DNA of 64,000 bases from Auanema rhodensis (lineage: Eukaryota > Animalia > Nematoda). Below the pieces are notes generated by a model that worked only from the letters and a program-made list of their open reading frames with translations, searched no databases and was not told the origin of the DNA. The stretch spans positions 17,732,001 through 17,796,000 of the forward strand of contig OZ059898.1 of NCBI GenBank assembly GCA_964057225.1. Direction: 5' to 3'. Position 1 is the first letter of the stretch; every line of letters begins with the position of its first letter. Made by a program: the position numbers and the translations under genes. Positions 14,401 through 27,400 of this stretch are shown here, in pieces.

Positions 14401-17400
14401 TTAAGCTGCGTCGATCTGTGTTATCAGATTTGCGCTAGCTTAAAAATGCACCGAGATATCAACTGATATAAGTTCACACTTATATCCTCGATTTTCACCC
14501 TGAAGAATTAATTTTTTCGTTGAATAACATTGTCCATCGTCTTTGCCTTGAAAAAAGGAATCTAAAAACATCTACTTTTTGCTAAATTATTTTGAAATTT
14601 TTTGAAAAAATTTTTGTCAAAATGTTTTTGGAAGCAAGGTTGAGTGTACATGGAAACTCAACATACACTAATGCATTATTTTTCAAACGATCATAACTAA
14701 TTTTTGTATTAAGCGTTTTTCAATGTAGTATAGTGCATTCGATGCGGATTTTTAAGCTGCGTCGATCTGTGTTATCAGATTTGCGCTAGCTTAAAAATGC
14801 ACCGAGATATCAACTGATATAAGTTCACACTTATATCCTCGACTTTCACCCTGAAGAATTAATTTTTTCGTTGAATAACATTGTCCATCGTCTTTGCCTT
14901 GTAAAAAGGAATCTAAAAACATCTACTTTTTGCTAAATTATTTTGAAATTTTTCGAAAAAATTTTTGTCAAAATGTTTTTGGAAGCAAGGTTGAGTGTAC
15001 ATGGAAACTCAACATACACTAATGCATTATTTTTCAAACGATCATAACTAATTTTTGTATTAAGCGTTTCTCAATGTAGTATAGTGCGTTCGATGCGGAT
15101 TTTCAAGCTGCGTCGATCTGTGTTATCAGATTTGCGCTAGCTTAAAAATGCACCGAGATATCAACTGATATAAGTTCACACTTATATCCTCGATTTTCAC
15201 CCTGAAGAATTAATTTTTTCGTTGAATAACATTGTCCATCGTCTTTGCCTTGAAAAAAGAAATCTAAAAACATCTATTTTTTGCTAAATTATTTTGAAAT
15301 TTTTCGAAAAAATTTTTGTCAAAATGTTTTTGGAAGCAAGGTTGAGTGTACATGGAAACTCAACATACACTAATGCATTATTTTTCAAACGATCATAACT
15401 AATTTTTGTATTAAGCGTTTCTCAATGTAGTATAGTGCATTCGATGCGGATTTTTAAGCTGCGTCGATCTGTGTTATCAGATTTGCGCTAGCTTAAAAAT
15501 GCACCGAGATATCAACTGATATAAGTTCACACTTATATCCTCGATTTTCACCCTGAAGAATTAATTTTTTCGTTGAATAACATTGTCCATCGTCTTTGCC
15601 TTGTAAAAAGGAATCTAAAAACATCTACTTTTTGCTAAATTATTTTGAAATTTTTCGAAAAAATTTTTGTCAAAATGTTTTTGGAAGCAAGGTTGAGTGT
15701 ACATGGAAACTCAACATACACTAATGCATTATTTTTCAAACGATCATAACTAATTTTTGTATTAAGCGTTTCTCAATGTAGTATAGTGCGTTCGATGCGG
15801 ATTTTCAAGCTGCGTCGATCTGTGTTATCAGATTTGCGCTAGCTTAAAAATGCACCGAGATATCAACTGATATAAGTTCACACTTATATCCTCGATTTTC
15901 ACCCTGAAGAATTAATTTTTTCGTTGAATAACATTGTCCATCGTCTTTGCCTTGAAAAAAGAAATCTAAAAACATCTACTTTTTGCTAAATTATTTTGAA
16001 ATTTTTCGAAAAAATTTTTGTCAAAATGTTTTTGGAAGCAAGGTTGAGTGTACATGGAAACTCAACATACACTAATGCATTATTTTTCAAACGATCATAA
16101 CTAATTTTTGTATTAAGCGTTTTTCAATGTAGTATAGTGCATTCGATGCGGATTTTTAAGCTGCGTCGATCTGTGTTATCAGATTTGCGCTAGCTTAAAA
16201 ATGCACCGAGATATCAACTGATATAAGTTCACACTTATATCCTCGATTTTCACCCTGAAGAATTAATTTTTTCGTTGAATAACATTGTCCATCGTCTTTG
16301 CCTTGAAAAAAGGAATCTAAAAACATCTACTTTTTGCTAAATTATTTTGAAATTTTTCGAAAAAATTTTTGTCAAAATGTTTTTGGAAGCAAGGTTGAGT
16401 GTACATGGAAACTCAACATACACTAATGCATTATTTTTCAAACGATCATAACTAATTTTTGTATTAAGCGTTTCTCAATGTAGTATAGTGCATTCGATGC
16501 GGATTTTTAAGCTGCGTCGATCTGTGTTATCAGATTTGCGCTAGCTTAAAAATGCACCGAGATATCAACTGATATAAGTTCACACTTATATCCTCGATTT
16601 TCACCCTGAAGAATTAATTTTTTCGTTGAATAACATTGTCCATCGTCTTTGCCTTGAAAAAAGGAATCTTAAAACATCTACTTTTTGCTAAATTATTTTG
16701 AAATTTTTCGAAAAAATTTTTGTCAAAATGTTTTTGGAAGCAAGGTTGAGTGTACATGGAAACTCAACATACACTAATGCATTATTTTTCAAACGATCAT
16801 AACTAATTTTTGTATTAAGCGTTTTTCAATGTAGTATAGTGCATTCGATGCGGATTTTTAAGCTGCGTCGATCTGTGTTATCAGATTTGCGCTAGCTTAA
16901 AAATGCACCGAGATATCAACTGATATAAGTTCACACTTATATCCTCGATTTTCACCCTGAAGAATTAATTTTTTCGTTGAATAACATTGTCCATCGTCTT
17001 TGCCTTGAAAAAAGGAATCTAAAAACATCTACTTTTTGCTAAATTATTTTGAAATTTTTCGAAAAAATTTTTGTCAAAATGTTTTTGGAAGCAAGGTTGA
17101 GTGTACATGGAAACTCAACATACACTAATGCATTATTTTTCAAACGATCATAACTAATTTTTGTATTAAGCGTTTCTCAATGTAGTATAGTGCATTCGAT
17201 GCGGATTTTTAAGCTGCGTCGATCTGTGTTATCAGATTTGCGCTAGCTTAAAAATGCACCGAGATATCAACTGATATAAGTTCACACTTATATCCTCGAT
17301 TTTCACCCTGAAGAATTAATTTTTTCGTTGAATAACATTGTCCATCGTCTTTGCCTTGAAAAAAGGAATCTAAAAACATCTACTTTTTGCTAAATTATTT

Positions 17401-18420
17401 TGAAATTTTTTGAAAAAATTTTTGTCAAAATGTTTTTGGAAGCAAGGTTGAGTGTACATGGAAACTCAACATACACTAATGCATTATTATTCAAACGATC
17501 ATAACTAATTTTTGTATTAAGCGTTTTTCGATGTAGTATAGTGCATTCGATGCGGATTTTTAAGCTGCGTCGATCTGTGTTATCAGATTTGCGCTAGCTT
17601 AAAAATGCACCGAGATATCAACTGATATAAGTTCACACTTATATCCTCGATTTTCACCCTGAAGAATTAATTTTTTCGTTGAATAACATTGTCCATCGTC
17701 TTTGCCTTGAAAAAAGGAATCTAAAAACATCTACTTTTTGCTAAATTATTTTGAAATTTTTTGAAAAAATTTTTGTCAAAATGTTTTTGGAAGCAAGGTT
17801 GAGTGTACATGGAAACTCAACATACACTAATGCATTATTTTTCAAACGATCATAACTAATTTTTGTATTAAGCGTTTTTCAATGTAGTATAGTGCATTCG
17901 ATGCGGATTTTTAAGCTGCGTCGATCTGTGTTATCAGATTTGCGCTAGCTTAAAAATGCACCGAGATATCAACTGATATAAGTTCACACTTATATCCTCG
18001 ATTTTCACCCTGAAGAATTAATTTTTTCGTTGAATAACATTGTCCATCGTCTTTGCCTTGAAAAAAGGAATCTAAAAACATCTACTTTTTGCTAAATTAT
18101 TTTGAAATTTTTTGAAAAAATTTTTGTCAAAATGTTTTTGGAAGCAAGGTTGAGTGTACATGGAAACTCAACATACACTAATGCATTTTTTTTCAAACGA
18201 TCATAACTAATTTTTGTATTAAGCGTTTTTCAATGTAGTATAGTGCATTCGATGCGGATTTTTAAGCTGCGTCGATCTGTGTTATCAGATTTGCGCTAGC
18301 TTAAAAATGCACCGAGATATCAACTGATATAAGTTCACACTTATATCCTCGATTTTCACCCTGAAGAATTAATGTTTTCGTTGAATAACATTGTCCATCG
18401 TCTTTGCCTTGAAAAAAGGA
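8425..18420 (+). repeat. Nested higher-order duplications in satellite A (5-mer P and 7-mer Q arranged P-Q-P-P-Q)
   Basis: Marker CGACTTTC occurs at 8874, 13086 and 14841 (spacings of 12x351 and 5x351). Markers AATCTTAAAA (10701/16668), TTATTATTCAAA (11521/17488) and ATTAATGTTT (12401/18368) are all 5967 bp (17x351) apart. Confidence 0.88.
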
Positions 18421-21400
18421 ATCTAAAAACATCTACTTTTTGCTAAATTATTTTGAAATTTTTCGAAAAAATTTTTGTCAAAATGTTTTTGGAAGCAAGG
18501 TTGAGTGTACATGGAAACTCAACATACACTAATGCATTATTTTTCAAACGATCATAACTAATTTTTGTATTAAGCGTTTCTCAATGTAGTATAGTGCATT
18601 CGATGCGGATTTTTGAGCTGCGTCGATCTGTGTTATCAGATTTGCGCTAGCTTAAAAATGCACCGAGATATCAACTGATATAAGTTCACACTTATATCCT
18701 CGATTTTCACCCTGAAGAAATAATTTTTTCGTTGAATAACATTGTCCATCGTCTTTGCCTTGTAAAAAGGAATCTAAACAGATCTACTTTTTGCTAAATT
18801 ATTCTGAAATTTTTCGAAAACATTTTTGTCAAAATGTTTTTGGAAGCAAGGTTGAGTGTACATGGAAACTCAACATACACTAATGCATTATTTTTCAAAC
18901 GATCATAACTAATTTTTGTATTAAGCGTTTCTCAATGTAGTATAGTGCATTCGATGCGGATTTTCAAGCTGCGTCGATCTGTGTTATCAGATTTGCGCTA
19001 GCTTAAAAATGCACCGAGATATCAACTGATATAAGTTCACACTTATATCCTTGATTTTCACCCTGAAGAATTAATTTTTTCGTTGAATAACATTGTCCAT
19101 CGTCTTTGCCTTGAAAGAAGGAATCTAAAAACATCTACTTTTTGCTAAATTATTTCGAAATTTTTCGAAAAAATTTTTGTCAAAATGTTTTTGGAAGCAA
19201 TGTTGAGTGTACATGGAAACTCAACATACACTAATGCATTATTTTTCAAACGATCATAACTAATTTTTGTATTAAGCGTTTCTCAATGTAGTATAGTGCA
19301 TTTGATGCGGATTTGTAAGCTGCGTCGATCTGTGTTATCAGATTTGCGCTAGCTTAAAAATGCACCGAGATATCAACTGATATAAGTTCACACTTATATC
19401 CTTGATTTTCACCCTGAAGAATTAATTTTTTCGTTGAATAACATTGTCCATCGTCTTTGCCTTGAAAAAAGGAATCTAAAAACATTTACTTTTTGCTAAA
19501 TTATTTTGAAATTTTTCGAAAAAATTTTTGTCAAAATGTTTTTGGAAGCAAGGTTGAGTGTACATGGAAACTCAACATACACTAATGCATTATTTTTCAA
19601 ACGATCATAACTAATTTTTGTATTAAGCGTTTTTCAATGTAGTATAGTGCATTCGATGCGGATTTTTAAGCTGCGTCGATCTGTGTTATCAGATTTGCGC
19701 TAGCTTAAAAATGCACCGAGATATCAACTGATATAAGTTCACACTTATATCCTCGATTTTCACCCTGAAGAATTAATTTTTTCGTTGAATAACATTGTCC
19801 ATCGTCTTTGCCTTGAAAAAAGGAATCTAAAAACATCTACTTTTTGCTAAATTATTTCGAAATTTTTCGAAAAAATTTTTGTCAAAATGTTTTTGGAAGC
19901 AAGGTTGAGTGTACATGGAAACTCAACATACACTAATGCATTATTTTTCAAACGATCATAACTAATTTTTGTATTAAGCGTTTCTCAATGTAGTATAGTG
20001 CATTCGATGCGGATTTTTAAGCTGCGTCGATCTGTGTTATCAGATTTGCGCTAGCTTAAAAATGCACCGAGATATCAACTGATATAAGTTCACACTTATA
20101 TCCTCGATTTTCACCCTGAAGAATTAATTTTTTCGTTGAATAACATTGTCCATCGTCTTTGCCTTGGAAAAAGGAATCTAAAAACATCTACTTTTTGCTA
20201 AATTATTCTGAAATTTTTCGAAAAAATTTTTGTCAAAATGTTTTTGGAAGCAAGGTTGAGTGTACATGGAAACTCAACATACACTAATGCATTATTTTTC
20301 AAACGATCATAACTAATTTTTGTATTAAGCGTTTCTCAATGTAGTATAGTGCATTCGATGCGGATTTTTAAGCTGCGTCGATCTGTGTTATCAGATTTGC
20401 GCTAGCTTAAAAATGCACCGAGATATCAACTGATATAAGTTCACACTTATATCCTCGATTTTCACCCTGAAGAATTAATTTTTTCGTTGAATAACATTGT
20501 CCATCGTCTTTGCCTTGAAAAAAGGAATCTAAAAACATCTACTTTTTGCTAAATTATTTTGAAATTTTTTGAAAAAATTTTTGTCAAAATGTTTTTGGAA
20601 GCAAGGTTGAGTGTACATGGAAACTCAACATACACTAATGCATTATTTTTCAAACGATCATAACTAATTTTTGTATTAAGCGTTTTTCAATGTAGTATAG
20701 TGCATTCGATGCGGATTTTTAAGCTGCGTCGATCTGTGTTATCAGATTTGCGCTAGCTTAAAAATGCACCGAGATATCAACTGATATAAGTTCACACTTA
20801 TATCCTCGATTTTCACCCTGAAGAATTAATTTTTTCGTTGAATAACATTGTCCATCGTCTTTGCCTTGAAAAAAGGAATCTAAAAACATCTACTTTTTGC
20901 TAAATTATTTTGAAATTTTTCGAAAAAATTTTTGTCAAAATGTTTTTGGAAGCAAGGTTGAGTGTACATGGAAACTCAACATACACTAATGCATTATTTT
21001 TCAAACGATCATAACTAATTTTTGTATTAAGCGTTTCTCAATGTAGTATAGTGCATTCGATGCGGATTTTCAAGCTGCGTCGATCTGTGTTATCAGATTT
21101 GCGCTAGCTTAAAAATGCACCGAGATATCAACTGATATAAGTTCACACTTATATCCTCGATTTTCACCCTGAAGAATTAATTTTTTCGTTGAATAACATT
21201 GTCCATCGTCTTTGCCTTGAAAAAAGGAATCTAAAAACATCTACTTTTTGCTAAATTATTTTGAAATTTTTCGAAAAAATTTTTGTCAAAATGTTTTTGG
21301 AAGCAAGGTTGAGTGTACATGGAAACTCAACATACACTAATGCATTATTTTTCAAACGATCATAACTAATTTTTGTATTAAGCGTTTTTCAATGTAGTAT

Positions 21401-24400
21401 AGTGCATTCGATGCGGATTTTTAAGCTGCGTCGATCTGTGTTATCAGATTTGCGCTAGCTTAAAAATGCACCGAGATATCAACTGATATAAGTTCACACT
21501 TATATCCTCGATTTTCACCCTGAAGAATTAATTTTTTCGTTGAATAACATTGTCCATCGTCTTTGCCTTGAAAAAAGGAATCTAAAAACATCTACTTTTT
21601 GCTAAATTATTTTGAAATTTTTCGAAAAAATTTTTGTCAAAATGTTTTTGGAAGCAAGGTTGAGTGTACATGGAAACTCAACATACACTAATGCATTATT
21701 TTTCAAACGATCATAACTACTTTTTGTATTAAGCGTTTTTCAATGTAGTATAGTGCATTCGATGCGGATTTTTAAGCTGCGTCGATCTGTGTTATCAGAT
21801 TTGCGCTAGCTTAAAAATGCACCGAGATATCAACTGATATAAGTTCACACTTATATCCTCGATTTTCACCCTGAAGAATTAATTTTTTCGTTGAATAACA
21901 TTGTCCATCGTCTTTGCCTTGAAAAAAGGAATCTAAAAACATCTACTTTTTGCTAAATTATTTTGAAATTTTTTGAAAAAATTTTTGTCAAAATGTTTTT
22001 GGAAGCAAGGTTGAGTGTACATGGAAACTCAACATACACTAATGCATTATTTTTCAAACGATCATAACTAATTTTTGTATTAAGCGTTTTTCAATGTAGT
22101 ATAGTGCATTCGATGCGGATTTTTAAGCTGCGTCGATCTGTGTTATCAGATTTGCGCTAGCTTAAAAATGCACCGAGATATCAACTGATATAAGTTCACA
22201 CTTATATCCTCGATTTTCACCCTGAAGAATTAATTTTTTCGTTGAATAACATTGTCCATCGTCTTTGCCTTGAAAAAAGGAATCTAAAAACATCTACTTT
22301 TTGCTAAATTATTTTGAAATTTTTCGAAAAAATTTTTGTCAAAATGTTTTTGGAAGCAAGGTTGAGTGTACATGGAAACTCAACATACACTAATGCATTA
22401 TTTTTCAAACGATCATAACTAATTTTTGTATTAAGCGTTTCTCAATGTAGTATAGTGCATTCGATGCGGATTTTTAAGCTGCGTCGATCTGTGTTATCAG
22501 ATTTGCGCTAGCTTAAAAATGCACCGAGATATCAACTGATATAAGTTCACACTTATATCCTCGATTTTCACCCTGAAGAAATAATTTTTTCGTTGAATAA
22601 CATTGTCCATCGTCTTTGCCTTGTAAAAAGGAATCTAAACACATCTACTTTTTGCTAAATTATTTTGAAATTTTTCGAAAACATTTTTGTCAAAATGTTT
22701 TTGGAAGCAAGGTTGAGTGTACATGGAAACTCAACATACACTAATGCATTATTTTTCAAACGATCATAACTAATTTTTGTATTAAGCGTTTCTCAATGTA
22801 GTATAGTGCATTCGATGCGGATTTTCAAGCTGCGTCGATCTGTGTTATCAGATTTGCGCTAGCTTAAAAATGCACCGAGATATCAACTGATATAAGTTCA
22901 CACTTATATCCTCGATTTTCACCCTAAAGAATTAATTTTTTCGTTGAATAACATTGTCCATCGTCTTTGCCTTGAAAAAAGAAATCTAAAAACATCTACT
23001 TTTTGCTAAATTATTTTGAAATTTTTCGAAAAAATTTTTGTCAAAATGTTTTTGGAAGCAAGGTTGAGTGTACATGGAAACTCAACATACACTAATGCAT
23101 TATTTTTCAAACGATCATAACTAATTTTTGTATTAAGCGTTTTTCAATGTAGTATAGTGCATTCGATGCGGATTTTTAAGCTGCGTCGATCTGTGTTATC
23201 AGATTTGCGCTAGCTTAAAAATGCACCGAGATATCAACTGATATAAGTTCACACTTATATCCTCGATTTTCACCCTGAAGAATTAATTTTTTCGTTGAAT
23301 ATTATTGTCCATCGTCTTTGCCTTGAAAAAAGGAATCTAAAAACATCTACTTTTTGCTAAATTATTTTGAAATTTTTCGAAAAAATTTTTGTCAAAATGT
23401 TTTTGGAAGCAAGGTTGAGTGTACATGGAAACTCAACATACACTAATGCATTATTTTTCAAACGATCATAACTAATTTTTGTATTAAGCGTTTCTCAATG
23501 TAGTATAGTGCATTCGATGCGGATTTTTAAGCTGCGTCGATCTGTGTTATCAGATTTGCGCTAGCTTAAAAATGCACCGAGATATCAACTGATATGAGTT
23601 CACACTTATATCCTCGATTTTCACCCTGAAGAATTAATTTTTTCGTTGAATAACATTGTCCATCGTCTTTGCCTTGAAAAAAGGAATCTAAAAACATCTA
23701 CTTTTTGCTAAATTATTTTGAAATTTTTTGAAAAAATTTTTGTCAAAATGTTTTTGGAAGCAAGGTTGAGTGTACATGGAAACTCAACATACACTAATGC
23801 ATTATTTTTCAAACGATCATAACTAATTTTTGTATTAAGCGTTTTTCAATGTAGTATAGTGCATTCGATGCGGATTTTTAAGCTGCGTCGATCTGTGTTA
23901 TCAGATTTGCGCTAGCTTAAAAATGCACCGAGATATCAACTGATATAAGTTCACACTTATATCCTCGATTTTCACCCTGAAGAATTAATTTTTTCGTTGA
24001 ATAACATTGTCCATCGTCTTTGCCTTGAAAAAAGGAATCTAAAAACATCTACTTTTTGCTAAATTATTTTGAAATTTTTTGAAAAAATTTTTGTCAAAAT
24101 GTTTTTGGAAGCAAGGTTGAGTGTACATGGAAACTCAACATACACTAATGCATTATTTTTCAAACGATCATAACTAATTTTTGTATTAAGCGTTTTTCAA
24201 TGTAGTATAGTGCATTCGATGCGGATTTTTAAGCTGCGTCGATCTGTGTTATCAGATTTGCGCTAGCTTAAAAATGCGCCGAGATATCAACTGATATAAG
24301 TTCACACTTATATCCTCGATTTTCACCCTGAAGAATTAATTTTTTCGTTGAATAACATTGTCCATCGTCTTTGCCTTGAAAAAAGGAATCTAAAAACATC

Positions 24401-27400
24401 TACTTTTTGCTAAATTATTTTGAAATTTTTCGAAAAAATTTTTGTCAAAATGTTTTTGGAAGCAAGGTTGAGTGTACATGGAAACTCAACATACACTAAT
24501 GCATTATTTTTCAAACGATCATAACTAATTTTTGTATTAAGCGTTTCTCAATGTAGTATAGTGCATTCGATGCGGATTTTTAAGCTGCGTCGATCTGTGT
24601 TATCAGATTTGCGCTAGCTTAAAAATGCACCGAGATATCAACTGATATAAGTTCACACTTATATCCTCGATTTTCACCCTGAAGAAATAATTTTTTCGTT
24701 GAATAACATTGTCCATCGTCTTTGCCTTGTAAAAAGGAATCTAAACACATCTACTTTTTGCTAAATTATTCTGAAATTTTTCGAAAACATTTTTGTCAAA
24801 ATGTTTTTGGAAGCAAGGTTGAGTGTACATGGAAACTCAACATACACTAATGCATTATTTTTCAAACGATCATAACTAATTTTTGTATTAAGCGTTTCTC
24901 AATGTAGTATAGTGCATTCGATGCGGATTTTCAAGCTGCGTCGATCTGTGTTATCAGATTTGCGCTAGCTTAAAAATGCACCGAGATATCAACTGATATA
25001 AGTTCACACTTATATCCTTGATTTTCACCCTGAAGAATTAATTTTTTCGTTGAATAACATTGTCCATCGTCTTTGCCTTGAAAGAAGGAATCTAAAAACA
25101 TCTACTTTTTGCTAAATTATTTCGAAATTTTTCGAAAAAATTTTTGTCAAAATGTTTTTGGAAGCAATGTTGAGTGTACATGGAAACTCAACATACACTA
25201 ATGCATTATTTTTCAAACGATCATAACTAATTTTTGTATTAAGCGTTTCTCAATGTAGTATAGTGCATTCGATGCGGATTTGTAAGCTGCGTCGATCTGT
25301 GTTATCAGATTTGCGCTAGCTTAAAAATGCACCGAGATATCAACTGATATAAGTTCACACTTATATCCTTGATTTTCACCCTGAAGAATTAATTTTTTCG
25401 TTGAATAACATTGTCCATCGTCTTTGCCTTGAAAAAAGGAATCTAAAAACATTTACTTTTTGCTAAATTATTTTGAAATTTTTCGAAAAAATTTTTGTCA
25501 AAATGTTTTTGGAAGCAAGGTTGAGTGTACATGGAAACTCAACATACACTAATGCATTATTTTTCAAACGATCATAACTAATTTTTGTATTAAGCGTTTC
25601 TCACTGTAGTATAGTGCATTCGATGCGGATTTTTAAGCTGCGTCGATCTGTGTTATCAGATTTGCGCTAGCTTAAAAATGCACCGAGATATCAACTGATA
25701 TAAGTTCACACTTATATCCTCGATTTTCACCCTGAAGAATTAATTTTTTCGTTGAATAACATTGTCCATCGTCTTTGCCTCGAAAAACGAAATCTGAAAA
25801 CATCTACTTTTTGCTAAATTATTTTGAAATTTTTCGAAAAAGTTTTTGTCAAAATGTTTTTGGAAGCAATGTTGAGTGTACATGGAAACTCAACATACAC
25901 TAATGCATCATTTTTCAAACGATCACAACTAATTTTTGTATAAAGCGTTTCTCAATGTAGTATAGTGCATTCGATGCGGATTTTTTAAGCTGCGTCGATC
26001 TGTGTTATCAGATTTGCGCTAGCTTAAAAATGCACCGAGATATCAACTGATATAAGTTCACACTTATATCCTCGCTTTTCACCCTGAAGAATTAATTTTT
26101 TCGTTGAATAACATTGTCCATCGTTTTTGCCTTGAAAAAAGGAATCTAAAAACAGCTACTTTTTGCTAAATTATTTTGAAATTTTTCGAAAAAATTTTTG
26201 TCAAAATGGTTTTGGAAGCAATGTTGAGTGTACATGGAAACTCAACATACACTAATGCATCATTTTTCAAACGATCATAACTAATTTTTGTATTAAGCGT
26301 TTTTCAATGTAGTATAGTGCATTCGATGCGGATTTTTAAGCTGCGTCGATCTGTGTTATCAGATTTGCGCTAGCTTAAAAATGCACCGAGATATCAACTG
26401 ATATAAGTTCACACTTATATCCTCGATTTTCACCCTGAAGAATTAATTTTTTCGTTGAATAACATTGTCCATCGTCTTTGCCTTGAAAAAAGGAATCTAA
26501 AAACATCTACTTTTTGCTAAATTATTTTGAAATTTTTTGAAAAAATTTTTGTCAAAATGTTTTTGGAAGCAAGGTTGAGTGTACATGGAAACTCAACATA
26601 CACTAATGCATTATTTTTCAAACGATCATAACTAATTTTTGTATTGAACGGTTTTCAATGTAGTATAGTGCATTCGATGCGGATTTTTAAGCTGCGTCGA
26701 TCTGTGTTATCAGATTTGCGCTAGCTTAAAAATGCACCGAGATATCAACTGATATAAGTTCACACTTATATCCTCGATTTTCACCCTGAAGAATTAATTT
26801 TTTCGTTGAATAACATTGTCCATCGTCTTTGCCTTGAAAAAAGGAATCTAAAAACATCTACTTTTTGCTAAATTATTTTGAAATTTTTCGAAAAAATTTT
26901 TGTCAAAATGTTTTTGGAAGCAAGGTTGAGTGTACATGGAAACTCAACATACACTAATGCATTATTTTTCAAACGATCATAACTAATTTTTGTATTAAGC
27001 GTTTCTCAATGTAGTATAGTGCATTCGATGCGGATTTTTAAGCTGCGTCGATCTGTGTTATCAGATTTGCGCTAGCTTAAAAATGCACCGAGATATCAAC
27101 TGATATAAGTTCACACTTATATCCTCGATTTTCACCCTGAAGAAATAATTTTTTCGTTGAATAACATTGTCCATCGTCTTTGCCTTGTGAAAAGGAATCT
27201 AAACACATCTACTTTTTGCTAAATTATTCTGAAATTTTTCGAAAAAATTTTTGTCAAAATGTTTTTGGAAGCAAGGTTGAGTGTACTTGGAAACTCAACA
27301 TACACTAATGCATTATTTTTCAAACGATCATAACTAATTTTTGTATTAAGCGTTTCTCAATGTAGTATAGTGCATTCGATGCGGATTTTTAAGCTGCGTC

